Positions 25,601 through 43,800 of a stretch of 64,000 nt of DNA are shown piece by piece. A model generated the notes under the pieces. That model saw only the letters and a program-made list of their open reading frames with translations, searched no databases and was not told the origin of the DNA. Location of the stretch: the NCBI GenBank assembly GCA_030141605.1, contig JAQGDQ010000953.1, forward strand, positions 12,876-76,875, read 5' to 3'. The position numbers and the translations under genes are program-made. The stretch is from Tubiluchus corallicola. Its lineage: Eukaryota; Animalia; Priapulida. Within the stretch, counting starts at the first letter, position 1, and each line of letters starts with the position of its first letter.

Positions 25601-26490
25601 ACTGCAACTGATTTTTTACAAGAAAAATGCACTTAGTCTGTTATCAGTATAAAAATTTTATATTGATTTCAATGAAATAAATAAATTTTTAATTGGATTA
25701 AATAGATTTTGGGCAAAAACGGTGACACGTTCCACGCGAGCCACTGCACCTGAAAAAATGAACCTGTTTTTTACCCTTTTGTGCATTAGCAGAGATGGAA
25801 AATGATATAAAAGACAACAATATTTCCATCAAAGATGTCGTTTCAGTACTATTTTTATTCCGTGTTCTTAATCTTAGTTTATTTTTAAGACTTGTAAAAA
25901 TACCGGGAGGAAATTTGCCCAAAGCCAAAATGCCGAATCCGTAGAGGCCTAGGCATTGAATGTTTTTGTATGAAAACTGACTGGGCCATGAGCCGAAAAG
26001 GTTCAGTGGGAATGACTTAAGCTAAACTAACCATATACTTTATTTTCTGCAACAGTTTTGCAGTGTGAGAGTAAGACAGCTTTGCAAATTACAAAAATGT
26101 TAACGTGAATCTAGGCACTTAAATGCACGCATGAGCTTACTGAAATCTTAATCTTGGCCAATTTGCATTCAAATATACCTCCGGTGTCAAGGAACCACGC
26201 GCTTTCTCATCATCACTTTCAACAATTGGTTGAGCCTGACTTCCCAAAGGTGAACGAAGTTTCAATGACTGCTGCTTAGTCCTCAGTCCAGGTTTTCCTT
26301 GCAAAAGCCATTCGACTGCTGCATCAGCTGTTGTAAAACCCATCTGCACTGCTTGCTGGCAATCGCCTAGCTCGAATCCCATGCCTAATAGGCATACTAT
26401 TAGATCATCAAGTGTTTGTTTCGAAGTTTCTGAGGGAGCAGAAAACGTCCAAGATTCTGCCATATTGTTATTGTCCTTGCTCTTTGACAT
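13347..26490 (-). CDS. UBA-UBX-LRR protein (about 878 aa, 11 exons): UBA, coiled coil, UBX, SHP box, BC-box/Cul2-box, leucine-rich repeats
   Basis: complement(join(26490-26179,24002-23784,22717-22607,21764-21533,20574-20290,19257-18774,17632-17401,16390-16255,15706-15519,14192-14054,13645-13347)); 2637 nt, all introns GT-AG, phases consistent, no internal stop seen. Confidence 0.9.
14054..14192 (-). CDS. UBA-UBX-LRR gene exon 10 (LRRs)
   Basis: ISLKKLLLSNTKITNVGL...LETLYLDRTAVTN. Confidence 0.92.
15519..15706 (-). CDS. UBA-UBX-LRR gene exon 9 (LRRs)
   Basis: LKSLILPSRHTTTDIGL...LTSLDLTNYIKITDEGI. Confidence 0.92.
16255..16390 (-). CDS. UBA-UBX-LRR gene exon 8 (LRRs)
   Basis: IAGLSGVQQIKKLDNINVASTNI...LTVVNVANT; tag/gtaag. 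Confidence 0.9.
17401..17632 (-). CDS. UBA-UBX-LRR gene exon 7 (LRRs)
   Basis: LVSLNVEGTQVSN, LQILILNRTVID, LRQLSLEDTQ. Confidence 0.92.
18774..19257 (-). CDS. UBA-UBX-LRR gene exon 6 (BC-box/Cul2-box, first LRRs)
   Basis: VPSLSELCVRIV...LPAHIATKIL, then LQKIVLDN, LVHISLAS, LAHLNLAR. Confidence 0.92.
20290..20574 (-). CDS. UBA-UBX-LRR gene exon 5 (disordered linker, first half of SHP box)
   Basis: Phase 1/1, ends ...LHHWGE(G). Confidence 0.85.
20941..21484. mobile_element. TTAA-flanked (Kolobok-like) MITE, family B
   Basis: TTAA-AGGAAA...TTTCCT-TT ends; internal sequence homologous to 32130-32674 (ttacctcrgatagttaaa..., gacatcacatcagc..., accattgcacaaa...). Confidence 0.65.
21533..21764 (-). 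CDS. UBA-UBX-LRR gene exon 4 (UBX domain)
   Basis: VRLPSG...ASLKQVR...QPFPKRKF...SLEELHLTPSGSLVM: UBX R...FP[RK] signature. Confidence 0.92.
22300..22597 (-). mobile_element. 3' fragment of an RLE-type non-LTR retrotransposon (HERO/NeSL-like)
   Basis: AIEIGSRGLI...AKLAIVLSFIIFKSK resembles the C-terminal xEVGxRG...AxxxSxxIWxxR region of restriction-like-endonuclease LINEs. Confidence 0.55.
22607..22717 (-). CDS. UBA-UBX-LRR gene exon 3 (linker and start of UBX)
   Basis: SFSTESSS...NVANIQ; tag/gtaac boundaries, 111 nt. Confidence 0.82.
23784..24002 (-). CDS. UBA-UBX-LRR gene exon 2 (coiled coil)
   Basis: ...EKVARTAVLQQIQEDREKQR resembles the UBXN1-type helix preceding UBX. Confidence 0.88.
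24312..24654 (-). repeat. LTR (343 bp)
   Basis: 7-bp inverted termini TGTTGTG...CACAACA; TATATAA (about 24537-24543) and AATAAA (24380-24385) on the minus strand. Confidence 0.78.
24312..25215 (-). mobile_element. 5'-truncated Ty3/Gypsy element (integrase C-terminus, PPT, 3' LTR) in intron 1
   Basis: Frameshifted RTRIDSL...YKAGEPVYAL..GPRRD.HPRWVPAVIKK and tail PRRSKRTPKPRERL; purine-rich tract next to the LTR. Confidence 0.8.
25270..25690 (-). mobile_element. LINE 3' UTR/tail fragment, probably the same family as 27200-29920
   Basis: Reverse complement reads ttgctggtgaaataaactgaatttgaatttga vs ttgctggagtgaaataaattgatttga at about 29892-29919. Confidence 0.45.
26179..26490 (-). CDS. UBA-UBX-LRR gene exon 1 (UBA domain)
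   Basis: LLGMGFELGDCQQAVQMGFTTADAAVEWLL (UBA MGF loop, terminal LL); start may be the second Met (MAESW). Confidence 0.88.
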
Positions 26491-27199
26491 CCCGTCACTT
26501 TAAAGCGCACTTTAGATTGGCGGCTCTGTTCGTTGTCCCAGAGCTCATCATGAAAATCATAATTGCAACACAAGCAAATCATTTTGTTATGTGTTCAAAT
26601 GCAACTGTTATTATGGTTACTATATTATTGCACTGGAACAATATTAATGCTTGAAAATGCTTGATTTGCCAATGAACTACTAGGACGAAATTAGGACCTG
26701 TGTATCACAAGAAGCTGTCTTGTTTAATGGCTACAAAACGTATTCAGCTGCAATTCAATGGCCCTGGTTCAAATTCGGGCTGAGTCATTTACTTTTTAAA
26801 TTTTTTCCATTTGACCAGGTTCGATTTGAAAAATTTTAGAAAATTTAATTTGGATTTCTTTCATTATTATACATGTAAAAAGCATTGATTATTGTTAGCA
26901 TTGATTAATAATTAACACTAAAATTATGAATTTATTGTTGGTGCTGATGCACATTGACTTTTCCAGTATAAAGACCAGTCCTCAGATCCAGCGCCATTTG
27001 GGCATAGTAATGAAAAGTTGCTTCTCATAATTCAACAGCATCTTCAGGGTTTATTGTATCTGGAATTAATTTTCTCATCTCCATTCATTCCAACACATAC
27101 CCTGTAATAGTATCATTACACTTTTTTTACACACAGGCATTTTAGATCTTTTTTGGAATTCGGAGTATGTGCTTTTTAATCACATTTCACCATTAATAT

Positions 27200-29920
27200 A
27201 TTAAATTTATGAATCTTATCCCCTTCACGTCAAGGTAGCTGCTTATGTGACTTATTCTCGACTATCATCGTGTTCGGTGTTAATGCACATCAAGTCCAAA
27301 GCTTACCCATGCATAATCAGTAAATAACAAGAACGTGCTGTCGAGAGTTTAACGGGAGGACTTACCATTTATCGTCCGTAGTGATCTAAATCGTTTTGAC
27401 AATGATATTGAAGCCATTTTTAAAGAGAATGCAATAAAAAATATTATGCAATCAGCATAAGAACATTGTTAACAGCTCATTTTATCGTCCTCCAAGTGAA
27501 TGTCCTTTACAGTTTACAGATAAAATCTTTGGCATAATATCCAATGTCAGTAACCAAGGGAATTGTTTATACATCACTGGCAATTATAATATTAATTTGA
27601 TTAATCACCAAACCCACAATGATACCAAATGCTTTATAGATTCAATGTTTACCAATTCTACATTCCCAACAATAACTCATCCTACAAGAATTAGTAACTA
27701 TTCAGCCACAGTTATTGACAACATTTTCTCCAACGTCATTCAGTGCTATTGCAAACCTGATATATTGCTTACTGATATCACTGACTACTATCATATTTGA
27801 TTTGATATCGATTTGATCAAAACAGCCCTTAGAAACGAGTTATCTCTGCAGTAATTGGGATGACGTTCTGTTACAGCCAGATCCTAAGTTAGCCACAGCG
27901 ATTTGATCAAAACAGCCCTTAGAAACGAGTTATCTCTGCAGTAATTGGGATGACGTTCTGTTACAGCCAGATCCTAAGTTAGCCACAGAAATTTTTTACT
28001 ATAAATTTAATAACATTTACAGCTCGCATGTGAGAGAGAAATACACACAAATCAATCCTAACCATAACAAGAAACCCTGGATATCTGTTGGATTATTGAA
28101 TTCGATTAGAAACAAATATATACCTAGGATAATCACTGCTATACTTCCTCAAATATCAGTACCTATAACTCATATTTTAAATAAATCTCATAGAAGTGGC
28201 ATTGTTCCCATTAAGATGAAACAAGCTCTTACAGTACCATTCCATAAAACCGGTGACTACATGAATCTAAATAACTACTGACTGATATCCCTGTTACACT
28301 TTTTTTCTAAGATACCCAAAAGATGTGTGCACAATAAATTACACAAACATTTAGTCAAAAATAACATACGTAACAGCAGCCAATTTGGATTCAGATCAGG
28401 CCTATCCACTGAGCTGGCTTTAATTAAAGTCTGTGATCAAATTGTTAATACTATCGAAAACAATTCAATCTCTGTTGGCATTTTCTGCGACTTGTCTAAA
28501 GCCTTCGACACCATTGACCATGACATATTAATTGAAAAATTTTCTCACTATGGTATCGGCGAAGAATTTCGAATGAATGGTTTAATAATTATCTTTCTGT
28601 AAGAAGCCAAATAGTTAGGCGCAATAATTGTCTATCCAGCCCTCAATCCACGCAGTATGATGTACGTCAAGGCTCCATTCTTAGCCCTCTATTATTTTTT
28701 ATGTATATCAACGACCTGTCTAATATCTTAACGGTTTGCAGATGACACCACAGTATTTTTTGATCTACAATCTTATTCTGTATCTGAAATAAATAATAAA
28801 CTTCCATTAATAGCTGATTGGTTTAAAGCAAAGAAATTGTCGTTGAATCCAACTAAAACAAACTGCATCGTATTCCACTCTAAAAATAAAAGGCTCGCAA
28901 TTGACATTAACCTATACATTGAAGGACAGGCAATCGAAAGAGTTCCAAATATAAAATTCCTAGGTGTTGTAATTAATGAAAATCTTGACTGGAAACCACA
29001 TATCAATTCAATCAGTTTAAAAATTGCCAAGAATCTGGGAATAATCAATTTTATTAAAAATAAACTACACAAATCTCATATTATTACACTCTATAATTGA
29101 TTGGTATTACCATACCTATATGAAGTACATCTTATCAATCCAATTTAATAAGTTTTTCTAGGTATCAAAGAAAGTTTATAAGAATACCAAAGAATTTATC
29201 TAAACGTACCACTGTTGGTACGTCCTTATTTAATGAATGTGGCATATTAATTATCGAAGACTTGATTATACATTGCTTGTCCATTTCTATGCAAGACATA
29301 CTACAACTTGTTTCCCACTTCCTTTACGAATCCAATTGCAGCAAATCCTAAATATCATTTTACAAGGTTCAATGAATATCATGTCCCTTACTGTCGTGCT
29401 AATAGTGCCAGGCACTTTTTTAAATTTACAGCCGGAATAAACTGGAATAAAATAAGTGCCCAGGTAAAAATACACTATTTAGAGTTTCAAACAGTATTTG
29501 AAAAGAACCATTCTTGATTCATACTTATAATACAGTTTTTATGCTTCCATGCTCTCATGCAGTCACAGTGTTCTATTTATTTATAATTATTTATTCCATT
29601 ATTTATAATACTATTTTAATATAGCTCTATGTAAATTAAACATACACTATGGTCGTTTCCTCTCCCCCCTTCCTTCTTCCTATCTCTAATCTTACTATTT
29701 TTTCCATTTCGCCATTGCTACTAACCCTATCCATTTTTTCATTCACTCATTTGTGCCACCTTAACAAGTCAAGCTTCCAAGGTGTCAATTATCGCAACTC
29801 TTTTATTTGGTTAATTTGACTTCATCAATGTTTTTTTTTACCTATGCTGTTTTTTTTCCAATCACATTGTATGTTGATGTATTGTATATGTTTTGCTGGA
29901 GTGAAATAAATTGATTTGAG
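27200..29920 (+). mobile_element. Degenerate LINE (CR1/L2-group-like): AP endonuclease and reverse transcriptase remnant
   Basis: IYRPP, GNYNINL, PTRI...SATVIDNIF, TDYYHI (APE); QFGFRSGLST, FCDLSKAFDTIDH, QGSILSPLLF, FADDT, KFLGVVI (RT); many stops; ends with AATAAA and a short repeat tail. Confidence 0.9.
27809..27988 (+). repeat. Exact 90-bp tandem duplication inside the LINE
   Basis: cgatttgatcaaaacagccc...ttagccacag occurs at 27809-27898 and 27899-27988. Confidence 0.95.
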
Positions 29921-30375
29921 CACGAGTAAACAGGTTGCATGGCTTCTCTTTGACAACGAAGAAGAAAAATCTATTACGAAGAAAATTTCAACTAGTATGA
30001 CAGTTACAAGTTGAAGATTTTATCCGTTTTTTAGTTGAACCATTTTAACAGTGTTTGATTTTTAATGATTTTAAATAATCTTCGATTTTATTCATGGGTA
30101 ATCCAAAGAAAACTGACGATGTAAGACATAGCTGTGTAGTTTGCAGAAGTACGAAAAGTGGTCCAGTTCCAAAAGGAACAATTTATGCCGTATTCTGTGA
30201 TGATTGTGCAAGCATGTACCTGTGCAATGCAGATTCCAGGAGCCGTGGTGATGACATCTCGTCAGTTATGGACTGTTCAAATGATATGGGTGACTTCTTA
30301 ATCTCTCATTTAATGAACTAATTTCAATGGGAAAAGGTTTGTTAACTGCAGATTTGGCAAGAAGTGATATTAACT

Positions 30376-30470
30376 GCAGGATCATAATAATAAACACCTG
30401 ATTTCCACTAAGATTCTGCAATACTTTCAGAATCTTAGTGGAAATCAGGTGTTTGTTATTATGATCCTGC
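30376..30470. repeat. 43-bp inverted repeat (hairpin) with 9-nt loop
   Basis: Arms 30376-30418 and 30428-30470 are complementary except one T:G pair. Confidence 0.95.
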
Positions 30471-30834
30471 GCTGCAGGCCTATGCAGAATCTTACTGGAA
30501 GTGAGTCGTTTTTTTCTGCATTTAAGATTCTACATTAGCAGAAATCTTTTGTAAATCAACCGTTTGTTTTTAATTAAGATTTTGCACTATATGCAGAATC
30601 TTATTGGAAATCAGACGTTTATTGTTACTGTTTCTCCTGTTACAGTACGACAGTGAATAATCCAAAACAATGGTACCTAGAATAAACGAACTTGTAGGGT
30701 GGACAACTGCAGTAGGGCCTTTAGACTTCTGAGGGAGTGGCAAAATCTTCTAGTTACTGCAAAAGTAATAAAATTAAATGATTGATTGTTAGCATTACAC
30801 TAACCACCAGATCGTAAATTTGAATCTGTTTCAG

Positions 30835-33333
30835 CAAGACAAAAGATGACGTCATTATTGACGAACCAGGCAAACATATGAAAGTATACATTGGAAGCAA
30901 CAATTTATTTGAGTCAACAGCAACTCGATGGGTAAGGGTTGTTTTTTCGTGCATAGAATCTGTAGTGTGGTATTCCAATATTATAATTCCTGTCGTACAG
31001 TCTACGGAGGTCAATTACGCCCTCACAGACTCACGATGTCTGTCATTAGCGATGGCTTCAGACTTCAACATTGGGTGTGAGAGCGAATAACGATGCTGTT
31101 AACTCAAATGTGTCATCCCTATTAGCGACATTAAAGCAGTTGACGTCTAACATAATGTCAATAATTTTCGTTGACTGCCCAATCAGCTTGCAAGTCATTT
31201 CACACACCCCTGCAGCAGGTACGTTCGGGACATTTAGCTACAGCTCCGTCTAACACTGTTATGAAAAATACTCAACTTTTCATTAGTTAACGCGAGAAAT
31301 ATTGGCTTAGTTCTAGATTTTATTATTGTCAAATGAAATTGCAAGTGAATTAGTGGAAATATATAGTTTAGTTTCGCTTATAGGAAGAAATGCACAACAC
31401 TTACATCTGTGAATTGCTGATTAAACCATTTTGCAATCCAGAAAATACGCAGTTTACTTTAGTTTACAGCTTTGCAAGTTAGATAAAACCAACTATTTGA
31501 CTAACTTTAAATAAGGACAAAACAAGATGTTTCCTTTTCTGGCCAGTTTTTATAAACCTCAATGAGATCTTCACAGTCAAAATTAACTCAAATGTGATCA
31601 TAACTTATGTTATACGTTAATGTAATATTAGCTAATTTTACGCAATTTTTCTGGTTATAATCAAGGTAAAAGATGCCATTGGGAATTATGTGACTCGAGC
31701 ATTCAATATAAGGGTCGTCTATGGAACGGAACAGTCAAATTTATTCCATTTCTATAGCCTGACAAACGAAAAAATTTAATAAACCTTGCGGACGGGCACA
31801 CGATCAATTAATATAAAAAAATACATCGCAGGCTTGATGTTCGTATGTTTAAAGGCAGGAAAGACTTAATATTTTTGCTGCTCATTTATTGTAAAGCAAG
31901 GCTAACTGGCTTAGTTTCTTTTATTATATTTGTGTCTCTGTATTTTGTAGTGCATTGAAATTTCGTCTCTACATTCTGTTTAAATTGAAAAGTCATTTTT
32001 TAGCTACTTGAAGTGTTAATTTCGTGATAAAATAGCTGCTTCTCTGCAAATTTGTGTTTATTTTAATCAGATTTTAATTCTGCTGCCTCTGAGCTGTGTT
32101 TCCAATCATAACCCTATGAGTCCTTGAAGTGAAATAGGATGCTAACCAATTGTTTGAAACAACCAAGTATTGAAAACTGCAACAGCTTTTTTTAGATCAA
32201 AGCTTAGATTAAATAATAATTACCTCGGATAGTTAAAATTTGTTAAACTTTCAAAGCTAGAGTGACTTTGCGAATCAACTAAGACTGGTAATGGCGCCTT
32301 TTTGTTGCGTGGCTGACAAGTAGGTGTGGTATCGTGACAAGCGAGATTATTAACTGAAGTGTTCGTCTGTGACGTCAGTGGACGTAGAGCTGATTTTTGC
32401 GACATCACATCAGCGCTTATAGCAATCTTCGTTTAGCTAAACGTTCTTGACGCGCAGGGAAGATTCCTACCATTGCACAAACTGTGGTTAGTTTGTGACG
32501 TAAGCAATAGCTGTGTTCAATACCGTTAATTAACTTCCAAGGTAATTATTCAAATAATTAACAAAAATATTAGAAACAATTGCTTACTAATATAGGCAAG
32601 AAAATATATATTTTGGACAGCAGATTAAAATGAGATTTCAGTTTTCTGTCCAGGAATCGCCCAGTTTTCCTTTAACTTTAGTCTTGAATTTTTTTACACG
32701 GTTGCCAAATAAGATAACATAGTAGTCGTGATTAGGCAACACTTGGGGAAAAGGAACGACTGACGAGATAATCATAAAATGTTTCAATAAGTTGAATAAA
32801 ATTTTATTCATTTAACTCAGTTTAGTAATAGTAATATTAGTAATTCGATACATCATTGCCTGGGTTATGGCGCTTTGTTGTTTCATTGGCAAGTTGAACA
32901 AGTTTTCTCAAGTTAGCAAAAAATTTATAAAAAGGAGATAAAAATATCAGTTGTGCATTTATTACAAAAGTCTTTATATTATATTACAAATGTAGTATAA
33001 GTAATAACTTTTATACTACTTTTTATCTATGTGTAGGGCGATTCAGGTGGTCCTATGGTATTACGCAGGACCGGGGAGGTGATTGGTATTCACTCCACAG
33101 GAACCAAGCATCCATTTTGGGGATACGATTGTATATCAGTGAGCAAGGCCGTGAGAATTTCCCATTATTTGAATTGGATTGATGATGTTAAAAGTTTTTC
33201 TAAGGACTTGCATTTAAGTGGCTCTCACGATACCGTGTCTGCTCATAACACATCTCCACTGGATTTCACAACAATAGTAATTTATATAATAACACTGTAT
33301 GCATCTTTGCCTTTGATAAATGATGGTGATTGA
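30835..33333 (+). pseudogene. S1 (chymotrypsin-family) serine protease copy 1, partial (two recognisable exons)
   Basis: Terminal exon 33037-33333 tag|GDSGGPMV...VIGIHSTG...C...RISHYLNWI plus hydrophobic tail; probable internal exon 30835-30931 (KVYIGSNNL, cag/gtaag). His- and Asp-bearing exons were not found by eye. Confidence 0.65.
32130..32674. mobile_element. TTAA-flanked (Kolobok-like) MITE, family B, left-truncated
   Basis: Homologous to 20941-21484; ends cagttttcctTTAA. Confidence 0.65.
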
Positions 33334-34311
33334 CGAAATAGTAAAGGAAATTGTAGGGACTTCTCTTACTTAAGAAGTAAGACCTTACCTTTTACACTTT
33401 GTTTTCAATTTCTCAAACGTATGTTGTCAAGAAACCACTTCTCAGAGTAGCACATGCTATCATATTAATTGTCACTCTCCTGTGAAGGGATGGTCTCATA
33501 AAAGATGAGACCATAGGTACAGCTTTCACTGGCTCTGCGACTCAGTCTCTGGCATAGGGAACAAGAGAAAAGACGTTCGGCAAGTTATTTCATTCTAAAT
33601 CTCTGCTTTGATGGAGTTCGTCAGCTTGAATCCTCAAGAGGACGCCAAACCACCAAGAAGTGGGACACCACGACACTGATTGTATTACTAATTAGTGAGT
33701 TTTTTTATAAAATGATGCAAGCAATTTTAAAATTTATATATGTACAACTGCCCATTGCAGCAGGATTCTGTTATCCATGATGTTGTTACATTTTAGGAAA
33801 TAAATGAAACTGCTTCAACCATAATTTTGTATACTGACTATACTGTTACTGCATTTTGATAAAGTTATAATAGATTTTATTTGGGGATACTTGGGTATGT
33901 CTTGCAATTATTACACCTAATACTGTTCTGTCTATGTGGCTGCTACAAATTCAATGTTATGACTTCAATAAACTGCTTCACAAAATAAGGTTAGTATCTT
34001 TGAGTGATTTTCAGTACATTTCCGGTGCATGCTAAGGAGTAGAGTGTAGCCCATGCATTACGAACCTTTTTTTGAAGAATCTACACGTGATTTTTGCGAG
34101 ATATGCAAGGAGTGATTTTTTTGAAGAATTTACTGAGCAGGCAATTTTAGATGATATACAAATCACTTTACAAAGATACCAAAGAATTTGTAAAACTGCA
34201 TATCTGTAAATAAAATCCTGCTTCCGTGCACATGTTTGAATTATAAGAATTAAAAATTAAAGATTAAAAGAATGTGCTTCAAACTGGAACACCTGTATGC
34301 AGTTAACAGCC

Positions 34312-41360
<7,049 letters not shown>

Positions 41361-42423
41361 CCTTCTTTAGATTAGATAATAATTAATCAACTGCTCTACT
41401 GTTTTCCACAAGCTACTCATAATAAATGAATCACCACCAATCACTCTGGCATACGAAATGTAGGTAAATTTTAATTGACGCCTCAGGCAAGAAACTCTTT
41501 CAAAGTGATCATAAAAGAGGATACCGCAGCGAAAGTGAATAAGATGGGTGGATCTATGACAATGAAGCATTACCAATTTTGGGTATTAACATTTACGTAA
41601 GTTCACATTCAGTGCACATAGAAACAGAGAGCGCCTATTCGATGTTGTAAAATTCATTAAAGCATCTCTATGATCAAAACAACTTCACCACGTTGAATAA
41701 TACGTTAATGTATTAATATCTGTCTATTTCAGTGCTTCTTAACTTGTATCTGGGCACCAGTCACTTTCTTTCTTAAATTTTGTGGGAACTCAGCATGATG
41801 TTATTATTTAGGTAGAATATCAGCATACCTTTCTAAAATGGAAAATCAACTTTCAAGAACTATCGAGCATTACGCAGGTGGATAACTATCGCGCTGAAAC
41901 GAGTCCATCCGCATAGAGATAATGTAGGTCAGTTCTGTACATTATTAGGTCAAATGGTGGTAGTCTAAGTATGCTAGCCAATGTAGATCTGACGCCAACC
42001 AATAAAAATATAATATGCTAATGTTTCGCGTGTGCATCACGAAATTTTGGAAATTATCGTAAAATATACGTGTTTACGCATTGCGCCGTCTGTAATCCTC
42101 TTTATTTAATTCCTTCCCTCCACCTTCCCACAGTTTGCACCGAAGGCCTAAATACCCAAACCAGCAGCAAAGTAGTTAGTCACTTTAAACATTGATTAAT
42201 TGGTTTGAATAAAAAGGTATATATGTGGTGCCTTAATTTTGTCGTCAGTACATGGTCATTTCATCATTCACATTTGCATTAGGCCTATACCCAATAAAGC
42301 ATCAGTTAATTTAAAAGTAATATTAAAGAGTGTACATATAAGTGTACAAAAAATTGTCATCAAAAAAGTTATACTAAAAGTCATGTTAGTCTGTTTGACA
42401 ATTGTAGAATTTTCAACCAGATT

Positions 42424-43060
42424 TTTAATTGAAACCTACATTCCATATACTCAGCACCAGACTATTGCAGCTTTTAGATAGCCTGTTTTTAAATGAATAA
42501 ACACATTTTCGAATTATAGTGTCAAAAAACGGTATGTTAAGCTCAACACACATTCCGCTTGCGGAACAGTCATATTGCATCTGAAATAACTTGTGGATGC
42601 CTTTGTTGTACGCAATTTTTATGTGATTGAAACTATAATCACAAAATTTGTACAATAGAGCTGCACAGAAAAAGTTCGAGTAATACGATACGAACATATT
42701 CGTGTTTGCGTTTACGTTACATTTTGAAAAATTTCTTATCAGTTTATTTGACCTTATATAAAACAAAGCACTTTATGTGACGATTATCCTTATTTTCACG
42801 ATCAACATATTTTTAAAACTACGTTATTTAAATAAGCCTCATAATTTTTTAAGTATTTCATACATGTTTATTCTATGGATAAATTTTTTGTTTTTTCCCT
42901 GTTCACAATAATTTCAAGTTTAATTGCAATACACAATAAACATTTATAAGCTGCTGAAGTCACGTAGTGGTTGCAGCCAACAAGCATACCTCATCTGCAT
43001 CGGACAGGTGATTGCAGTAAATATAGCCTACACTGCATCCTCTTTTAGAACTAGCTAAAT
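42424..43060 (-). mobile_element. LINE RT C-terminal remnant
   Basis: FYIRSNKLIRNFSKC...IKIAYNK...CSASGM...IIRKCVYSFKNRL; YADE-like motif near 42990. Confidence 0.65.
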
Positions 43061-43589
43061 TTACACTTTCATAAAAATAACCATTGAAAAGTCTGTTCAT
43101 GTTACTGACATGCTTTGTTCATTTAAAAACTACACATACACTAATACTGAAGGTGGGGAAAATGCAGTAAGGCAATTAACTGGTTTTAATTGCGTTATAT
43201 GATATTATGACAGTGTTATATAACAATATTAAACATTATGACAGTTCAATAAAGCCTGATGGTTAGGGAATCATTAAAAATGTAATAAATACAAATAGAA
43301 AAATACAGGTACAATATCAAATTTTGTTGGTGCCCAAATATCTCGTGCTCAAATGTCCTCGTGCCCAAATGTCACATATCCCATTCCTGTTTTCCATAGC
43401 CGGCAAGATCTTACGTTTGTATAGCTGTTCGTAAGTGGAACACAGAAAGTTATATGAAAGATGCATCAGTTCATTCAATTTTAAATTTGCATTCGCAACA
43501 GTCTCAGTTATGTGGTAGCACCAACTTAGATCGCACGTCTATGTTTCTGGGCTATTTTCAGTTGAGCGCGGGAAAAATACAATAGACGA

Positions 43590-43800
43590 TAAATTACCAG
43601 TCCAGTTTTATGAGAGAAAACACCATGACTTCTGTTTTTGCAGGATTGAAAGCAACCAACCACTGGCGTGCCCAATTTTGTACTTGAGTGAGATCACTAA
43701 CACGAGCTGCAGACAATGTTGGGTTTCTAAATATACCCAATTGGTGCGAACTCTCATTGCTGTGCAAATAAGTTTTAGTGGCCGAGACTTGTTCCACACC
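43590..43800 (-). mobile_element. CR1-like LINE RT fragment
   Basis: SDLTQVQNWARQWLVAFNPAKTEVMVF. Confidence 0.6.
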
